The translations under genes and the position numbers were made by a program. The notes under the pieces were generated by a model, which was not told the origin of the DNA, did not search any database, and worked only from the letters and a program-made list of their open reading frames with translations. Below are positions 57,716-64,000 of a stretch of 64,000 nucleotides of DNA, one piece after another. The number at the start of each line of letters is the position of its first letter. The stretch's first letter is position 1. The stretch comes from an uncultured Candidatus Saccharibacteria bacterium (GTDB taxonomy: Bacteria; Patescibacteriota; Doudnabacteria; UBA920), in the NCBI GenBank assembly GCA_964612745.1, contig CAZTCH010000002.1, forward strand, positions 1,009 through 65,008. The letters run 5' to 3'.

Positions 57716-58942
57716 TTACTTCTTTTCACCCAGCGTAACCCGAACTTGCTTTTCAACTCCATCGCGGAATACCACAAGTGCGACAGTGCTCCCAACCTCA
57801 AAATTACGGAGAGCATTTGCCAACGTGTGGTCTTCGGTAATATCCACCCCTTCGACACTCAGAATTATATCTCGCTCCTGCAAACCAGCTTGCGCTGCAG
57901 GGCTATTGGGTATTATTGCTGGTCCTGATTCACTTCCACTCACCAGCAAAGCGCCATACGTTTTAGCCAGATTCTCTTTTTTGGCGAGTGCTGGAGTTAT
58001 AAGTGTGTACTGCACACCGAGAAATGGCCGAGTAATTTTCCCCGTTTTGCGGAAACTATCCAGCGCGCGTGCTGCGTCAGAAGATGGGATAGCAAACCCC
58101 ACCAACTGCCCTTCGCGGTCAATAGCTGTGTTTATACCAATCACTTGCCCAACTATGTTCAGCAAAGGACCACCAGAGTTGCCCGGGTTAATAGCAGCAT
58201 CTGTTTGAATCACTCCTTCCAGCTGTTCACTCCCGCCACTGCCTCCTGCAGTAATACTTCGCCCAATACCAGAGACAACCCCTGTAGTCACCGTATTGGC
58301 GTATTGCCCCAACGAATTCCCAATAGCAACTACACGTTGCCCAATCTCGAGCTTTGATGCATCCGCCAACTCCAAGTAAGGCGTATTGGTAGCCTCAATT
58401 TTCACAATGGCCAAATCGTTCACAGGGTCTCGAGTCAACACTTTCGCCTCGTACTCGGTACCGTCGTTTAAGACAATCGTATATTGCGCTGTCTCGTCAC
58501 TCACTACGTGTTTATTTGTCAGAATTAATCCATCATTCGAAACCAAAAAGCCACTCCCCGCCCCCACCTGTTGAATATTGGGCTCTGTATTTTTTGGTTG
58601 CTGCTGCGGGGGTACTATTCCAAAAAACTGAGAGAAAGGATCGAAACCAAAAGGAAAGGCATTAGACTGCACTTGTTTGCTCACGTCTTTACTCACCACG
58701 ATAGAGACCACCGCAGGGCTCGTTTTTTTGACCACATCAATAACCGCAGACCCCTCTTCCACCACAACAGTCTGCCCTGCAGAATGATTTGGGTTTACGT
58801 TCGTGCCAAACCCACGCATCGCCCCAATATACCCCCCGAAAAAACCAGCAACGACACTTACGAGAAGCCCAGCAGCAAGGTACTGCTTGGCAAACTTCGG
58901 CATATGTATTTTTTCTGACTCTTCGTGTATTTCTTCGTTCAT
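57716..58942 (-). CDS. htrA: HtrA/DegP-like serine protease with PDZ domain
   Basis: TNKHVV, DLA, QTDAAINPGNSGGPL, PDZ domain. Confidence 0.93.
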   Translation of the reverse strand: MNEEIHEESEKIHMPKFAKQYLAAGLLVSVVAGFFGGYIGAMRGFGTNVNPNHSAGQTVVVEEGSAVIDVVKKTSPAVVSIVVSKDVSKQVQSNAFPFGFDPFSQFFGIVPPQQQPKNTEPNIQQVGAGSGFLVSNDGLILTNKHVVSDETAQYTIVLNDGTEYEAKVLTRDPVNDLAIVKIEATNTPYLELADASKLEIGQRVVAIGNSLGQYANTVTTGVVSGIGRSITAGGSGGSEQLEGVIQTDAAINPGNSGGPLLNIVGQVIGINTAIDREGQLVGFAIPSSDAARALDSFRKTGKITRPFLGVQYTLITPALAKKENLAKTYGALLVSGSESGPAIIPNSPAAQAGLQERDIILSVEGVDITEDHTLANALRNFEVGSTVALVVFRDGVEKQVRVTLGEKK

Positions 58943-59005
58943 ACTCCTTATGAAACTAGTTCTTATTTACATTACTACAAGAGAATAGCGATCTTATTTC
59001 ACTAC

Positions 59006-60535
59006 TCACTCAACCAACTCGCCACCAAAAATCTTCAGCGCATCACCCAATACTTCGGCAACCGGCACATCAGCCTCTTCACGTTCAACAAAGGTAGCAC
59101 CCACGCGCACTGCAGTCCCAAAAATCGCCTGCGCTACTTCCGCAATCATCAAGCGGTTTTTTGCTGACTCTAACCGCTCTTTATGAAAGAGATACTTCAC
59201 ACCCAGGACAATCAAATCTCCTTCCACAGATACTATAGGCGAATCTTTAATAAGCGTAGCCAACGGTCCATTTATATCTTTTAGCTTGTCACAAACCTCT
59301 GGCCAGCGTTCACGCACGACACTTTCTTGCAGTGCAGTAGCACCAACTGTAGGCACAGGCACCTCCGCGACAATGTGTGCTACTGGTGGAGCAGTAACTG
59401 GCGGTACGGGTGGCGCTTCTCTCTTTGGCTCAATCTTGAATGGCGCCCCAGTATCTGTAGAAGCTACCGATGGTGCTACAGGAGCAGCTTTCGCAACCGC
59501 TTGCACTGGAGTAAATTTGACTGTTGCTTCAAGAGCCGCAACAAGGAGCGGCAGTGTAGGATCAGGCGTAGCTGCTAATTCTTTGTACGATCGCATGAAC
59601 TGACGCAGTAAAAAGAGCAGTTCGGGCTCAGAAAACTCTCCTCCCCCACCACGCAAACGTGTTTCCAGCAACTCCCGAATATACAAAAGCAAGTCTCTGT
59701 TTACCGCTACCATATCAAAATAGCGCGTGCTCAGCGTGTCGAAAAATGGAGGCAGTGCTTCTCCAGTACCCGCACGAATAATCCGCAAGAGCTCCTGAAA
59801 CACACTACTGTCAGTTACGCCAAGTAATCGAGCTACTTCATCCGCTGTTGGGCTCGTACCCAAAGACAACACCTGATCGAGCAACGTCAATGCATCGCGC
59901 ATGCCGCCTGCTGCTGCAAGAGCAATAAGATTCAAAGCTTCGGTAGGCAACTGTTTCTTTTCTGCATCCAACACAAACTGCACCTGTGCAACTAATTCTG
60001 CAGTGGAAAATTTTAAGAAATCAAAACGCTGCGCTCTAGAACTAATTGTGGCAGGCACTTTACCAATTTCTGTTGTGGCCAGAACAAATATAGTTCGCTC
60101 CGGAGGCTCTTCTAAAGTTTTCAAAAGTGCATTCCACGCCCCACGAGATAACATGTGCGCTTCATCTATAATATAGACTTTATAGCGCCCCATAGTAGGC
60201 TGGTAACGTACCGTTTCAATCAGTGCTCGAATGTTATCTACACCGGTATTAGATGCAGCGTCCACCTCCACTAAATCCAAAAAGGTACCCGCATCAAGAT
60301 GCGCGCACACAGCACAAGACAAACACGCTTCACCCGTCGTACCCTGCTGACAGTTCAATGCACGAGCAAGCACGCGAGCAAGAGTAGTTTTACCCAACCC
60401 TCTACTTCCACAAAAAAGATACGCGTGTGCAGGAGCTTCTGCCACTACTGCATTACGCAATGTTTGGACAATATGCGGCTGGCCTACCACCTCAGAAAAC
60501 CGCCGAGGTCTATATGTTCGGTACAATGCAGGCAT
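59006..60535 (-). CDS. dnaX: DNA polymerase III gamma/tau
   Basis: LYRTYRP, GSRGLGKTT, IIDEAHML, LLKTLEEPP, GGMRDA. Confidence 0.96.
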   Translation of the reverse strand: MPALYRTYRPRRFSEVVGQPHIVQTLRNAVVAEAPAHAYLFCGSRGLGKTTLARVLARALNCQQGTTGEACLSCAVCAHLDAGTFLDLVEVDAASNTGVDNIRALIETVRYQPTMGRYKVYIIDEAHMLSRGAWNALLKTLEEPPERTIFVLATTEIGKVPATISSRAQRFDFLKFSTAELVAQVQFVLDAEKKQLPTEALNLIALAAAGGMRDALTLLDQVLSLGTSPTADEVARLLGVTDSSVFQELLRIIRAGTGEALPPFFDTLSTRYFDMVAVNRDLLLYIRELLETRLRGGGGEFSEPELLFLLRQFMRSYKELAATPDPTLPLLVAALEATVKFTPVQAVAKAAPVAPSVASTDTGAPFKIEPKREAPPVPPVTAPPVAHIVAEVPVPTVGATALQESVVRERWPEVCDKLKDINGPLATLIKDSPIVSVEGDLIVLGVKYLFHKERLESAKNRLMIAEVAQAIFGTAVRVGATFVEREEADVPVAEVLGDALKIFGGELVE

Positions 60536-60684
60536 ACGCAAAAAAGTAATTTAAAACCAAGAAATACGAGCTGTTTTTCTCTACCCACCAACCAGTAACA
60601 AGCCGGACTGCCCAATAAAACAGCAAGCACCCTCCACAGCACAGTATATCATATTGCCCACACCCCTACCCACACACGTGGTTT

Positions 60685-61374
60685 TTAGCGCTTGAACACG
60701 AAGAACTTATACCCTGCAAAATTCCACACAAGTGAGATAAACACCGCCGCAAATTTTGCTATATTTTTTGCTAAAGAAGCAGAAAAATCAGGCATCAACC
60801 AAAGCAAGACAGAGGCAATTGCAAACAACGCAAGGCTGTTAATCACTACCCCAACGACGCTCACCAAAATAAATTTGGCAAACTGACCCATCTCAAAAGG
60901 AGCGCTTACCCCCGCAGTCTTATGGAACAAGCCTAAGTTGACTGCGAGAATCAATTGTAAGAACAAAAACCCTGCTAATACCACCCAGTAAAACTGCGTT
61001 GTATAGTTGAATGCAACCGGCACACCGTAGGACGCAAGTAATGGTGCGGCAGAAGGCAATACCGCTAAACAAAAAGTAACAAACCCAAGACCACCGACCA
61101 AGACCGCGCCAATAAACTGGTACACCAGAGAATGCATTTGCTGCGCCGCAAATGCCCAATACTTATTCCAGAGGTAACTTTGAATAATCGCGGCACATAC
61201 ACCAATAATATTTAGCACTGCAAGCTTTGGACCTGACTGCACTCCAAATGAGAGAGTGACTAAGTTTAGAAGCAAAAAATCTAATGCAGCGTTCATGGCA
61301 CCAATGCCTGCAAAACGCACAAGCTGAAACACAACTGGTCGACGGGTGAGCAACTGCTCAATCATTTGTAACAT
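60685..61374 (-). CDS. GtrA family protein (duplicated GtrA domain)
   Basis: QLVRFAGIG..SYLWNKYWAF; QFAKF..WNFAGYKFFVF. Confidence 0.85.
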   Translation of the reverse strand: MLQMIEQLLTRRPVVFQLVRFAGIGAMNAALDFLLLNLVTLSFGVQSGPKLAVLNIIGVCAAIIQSYLWNKYWAFAAQQMHSLVYQFIGAVLVGGLGFVTFCLAVLPSAAPLLASYGVPVAFNYTTQFYWVVLAGFLFLQLILAVNLGLFHKTAGVSAPFEMGQFAKFILVSVVGVVINSLALFAIASVLLWLMPDFSASLAKNIAKFAAVFISLVWNFAGYKFFVFKR

Positions 61375-61473
61375 ACTATTTGTTTATAAATAAAAACAAG
61401 ATAACGCTCTAACAAACAGGAAAGAAAAAATCTAGCGTGTCGTTACATTGTTATCTTGAAATATATTGAAAGT

Positions 61474-62139
61474 TTAGAGTTCTTCCTCTTCAGGAAGTAC
61501 AGAGGCTGTAGCCGCTGGAGCTACTGCTCCATCGCTTGCGCTGTGACTTTCGTCAGAAGAGTCGGACTCGGAAATAAGTTCGTGTGGCTGTCCTTGCCCC
61601 TTCTTAATCACATTTTCAACTGCTGCCCACACCACTTGCGGGTTCGCTTCTGGGACAATAATGGTTACTTCGTCTCCAGGTTCTGCTTTGAAATAGGTCA
61701 GAGATGCCAAGAGCACTCGATATGGATGACCTTCTGCCAACACGCGAAAATCACCGCGCTCATCCTGCACCAAAATACCCATCATCTTACGGCGTTCGAT
61801 TGGACCAATTTGTTTGTATATAAACGATCCGTCATCGGCAATAGTCAGTTTGAGCACGTCACCTTCGACAAGTTTACTCTTTGAGGCATAGTTAGCAGGC
61901 ACTGGATATTGCTTGCCGTCTGGACCAAGCATGTTTTGCCCGTCAAAGACACCTTCGATTACTTTGCCGCCGCCACTCATAGATAGTGCTGCAGCTTTTG
62001 CTGCAATAAGATCTGCACTGGCTGCACGAACCGGCGCGCCACCTAAGACATCCCGCAACAATTGCTTTGCAGACTGCAGGTTCTTTTCCGCAGATTCAAT
62101 CATTTGGCTAAGTAAAGCCAAATTCTCTAACTTGTCCAT
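61474..62139 (-). CDS. Conserved hypothetical protein of CPR type
   Basis: IEGVFDGQNM..YPVPANYASKSKLVEGD..YKQIGP..VLLASLTYFK. Confidence 0.8.
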   Translation of the reverse strand: MDKLENLALLSQMIESAEKNLQSAKQLLRDVLGGAPVRAASADLIAAKAAALSMSGGGKVIEGVFDGQNMLGPDGKQYPVPANYASKSKLVEGDVLKLTIADDGSFIYKQIGPIERRKMMGILVQDERGDFRVLAEGHPYRVLLASLTYFKAEPGDEVTIIVPEANPQVVWAAVENVIKKGQGQPHELISESDSSDESHSASDGAVAPAATASVLPEEEEL

Positions 62140-62237
62140 ATCTTTTTATTTATGTTTCAACGAGTATTATAACAGTATATACAGTATATCACGTCTCATA
62201 ATAATGGCAAGTACAGAAAAACCGCTACCTAGTAGCA

Positions 62238-63620
62238 TCAATAATCCCTATACAAAGCACGCGCCCGAGCTTCATCCCCGCTTCCAACCAAATAGCTTTC
62301 TATTTCAGTCTGGTCCGCACCAGCATTTTCTCCGTAAAATAATGCTTTATTAAAACACTCTCTCGCTTTTTTCTCATTACCAATTTTCTGGTACATTTCC
62401 CCTGCTTGCCCGTAAAAATAAGCACCGTTTCTACCCTGTGCGTCACGCTCATAGCTTGCAGCAGCCAACGCGTATGCTGCGTTACCCAACTCAGACGCAC
62501 CTTCACCCATTAAGCTATCAGCAACAGACTCCCACTGTTCAGACCGAACTAAATCGGGAGATGCAAGATACGAATGGTATGTCTGCTTGCTCTTTTCCAA
62601 TCTATTTTCCATGGAAGCTAAGTATGTATGTTTAGCCTCTAAAGCTGCGATGGTTTTCTGATTAGCCAATAAAATTGGGCTACTTTGCACCCTCTTTTCT
62701 TCTCTGTGAATAACCTCTTCTGGTAAGTACATATAGGGTTTGTCTGCTTCTTCCCAAAAATCGGCACGTGCGTGCACTTTTTCCAATGGAATATTGTAAG
62801 CCTCAGCCTTCTCCAGCTCACCCTTTTGCGCATGGTACTCCCGCAAGCGCTGGTTCAGAGCAAAAACCTGCTCCCTACCCTTCTGAATTTTATCGTGAAT
62901 TGCACTACCGTCATAATGCACGCTCCCATCTACAAATCTGACCGTTTGTCCTTTAAACCCAAAAGACTCGTGAAACGGAGCAGAAGTGCCAGGGCTCAGT
63001 TGCGTATATCCCATCCCGCTTTCTATACTGCCAACCATCAGCTGTACTCGACCCCCAGCGCCAACTTGGAATGACCGCTCCACCGCGATTTCGTGGCACC
63101 GCAAACCAAGGCCTTTCAGTCCACGCCCTCGAGACTTCATCTCATCAACAAACACCCTCGGTCGCCTGTCGGGTACGACATCGCCATAATTCTTTTTTGG
63201 GTTCTCGACTATGCCCTCCTCAACCTTTATATCTCGGAGTTGCTCTAGCTTGCCCGTGTCCAAAACTTCCAACTCAATATAGGCGAGCTGCTCTCCTTCG
63301 GCGCTCACCAGCACAAATCTTGGTTGAATCCCTGAATACGGGTCAAATGTTACTGAAACTTTTTCTACCTGACCTGTTTCTTTCTGTATAACCGTAGTTT
63401 CTCCAACTTTTGGGCCAAAGGGACTACGCTCAACATACTCAGTCAAAAACTCTGGTTGAATACCAGAAAGTAGATCAGCAGAGTCAGGTGCCAATACAGG
63501 ACAGCCCTTATTGTGCCCGCCTAACTTTGGCCGAGAACAAAACAGACAAGCAGGTTCTGCTGTTTCTACAGTTTGACCGTAGTACTGGGAAATATCATAG
63601 CCACCTTCTCGCATGAGCAA
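62238..63620 (-). CDS. Hypothetical protein (possible GNAT-like core and TPR-like tail)
   Basis: 460-aa ORF; KGLG..AVERS..GRVQL..FHESFGF; AGEMYQKIGNEKKARECFNKAL. Confidence 0.65.
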   Translation of the reverse strand: MLMREGGYDISQYYGQTVETAEPACLFCSRPKLGGHNKGCPVLAPDSADLLSGIQPEFLTEYVERSPFGPKVGETTVIQKETGQVEKVSVTFDPYSGIQPRFVLVSAEGEQLAYIELEVLDTGKLEQLRDIKVEEGIVENPKKNYGDVVPDRRPRVFVDEMKSRGRGLKGLGLRCHEIAVERSFQVGAGGRVQLMVGSIESGMGYTQLSPGTSAPFHESFGFKGQTVRFVDGSVHYDGSAIHDKIQKGREQVFALNQRLREYHAQKGELEKAEAYNIPLEKVHARADFWEEADKPYMYLPEEVIHREEKRVQSSPILLANQKTIAALEAKHTYLASMENRLEKSKQTYHSYLASPDLVRSEQWESVADSLMGEGASELGNAAYALAAASYERDAQGRNGAYFYGQAGEMYQKIGNEKKARECFNKALFYGENAGADQTEIESYLVGSGDEARARALYRDY

Positions 63621-63700
63621 ACAATTTAAAGAAAATCTAACTGATGCATACGCAGTATGAACACGCCTCTATTGCGAGTGCCTAGAAATTAACTCTATCC

Positions 63701-64000
63701 TTAGAGGCTTTTTTCTACTCCAGCCGAGCCTGCCGCAAGCATATCCGCTACCATACTGGTTTCTAAAATTTCTGCTTCTACTTGTGCTCGTGGTCTGCCG
63801 TGCTTGAGCCTGCTTAACTGCCGAATCGCTTCCGCAACTTCTTTCTGCCTGTCGGTTGGTTTCGGCAGCGCGTACGTTGCCATATTAAATGGCTTCGATG
63901 CAGTCCCATTGAGCATCAGTTTAATAAAGCCGTTAAACCGTTCTACATTCACTAAATCAAACTCGTTAAACGTCGGACTCATTTCTTTGGCAATACTCTC
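63701..64000 (-). CDS. C-terminus of a VirD4/TraG-like ATPase; enters from the right edge
   Basis: DLVN..IKLMLNG..SKPF..IRQLSRLKHGRPR..VEAEI tail, recalled as typical of CPR coupling-protein homologs. Confidence 0.6.
   Translation of the reverse strand, partial: ESIAKEMSPTFNEFDLVNVERFNGFIKLMLNGTASKPFNMATYALPKPTDRQKEVAEAIRQLSRLKHGRPRAQVEAEILETSMVADMLAAGSAGVEKSL

Noticed and set aside
60541-60684. Possible SRP RNA upstream of dnaX
   Set aside because: The conserved SRP domain IV motif was not found

Overview
This 64 kb window looks like a small-genome Patescibacteria (CPR)-type bacterial chromosome, inferred from gene content and repeat-rich intergenic DNA; most genes lie on the minus strand. 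The right part (~26-64 kb) is housekeeping: mraZ-rsmH-ftsL-like-PBP, a two-component cluster, dinB, mreB, rnhA, recJ, a large glycolysis/pentose-phosphate cluster, ruvX, htrA and dnaX. The left part (~4-19 kb) is accessory. The main result starts 30 bp downstream of a tRNA-Gln(CTG): 11 same-orientation copies of a 23-bp quasi-palindrome (GTTACGAAGGTGACCATGGTAAC) separate mostly single, co-oriented genes (ddl, murI, phosphatase, NUDIX, VOC, alkylation-repair and others). Stop codons often sit 4-5 bp from the site or the frame reads through it. This resembles an integron-like cassette array, but the site is not attC-like and no recombinase is visible in the window. Other signals: sequence variants of the same core in REPIN/MITE-like pairs, covarying 38-46-bp palindromes in 98-bp-spaced pairs, degenerate tRNA 5' duplicates, a Com-like zinc finger-PAS gene with a candidate RNA target hairpin, an unlisted 46-aa zinc-finger microprotein, and a 24-bp direct-repeat-bounded islet. 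All calls were made by eye, without database searches.
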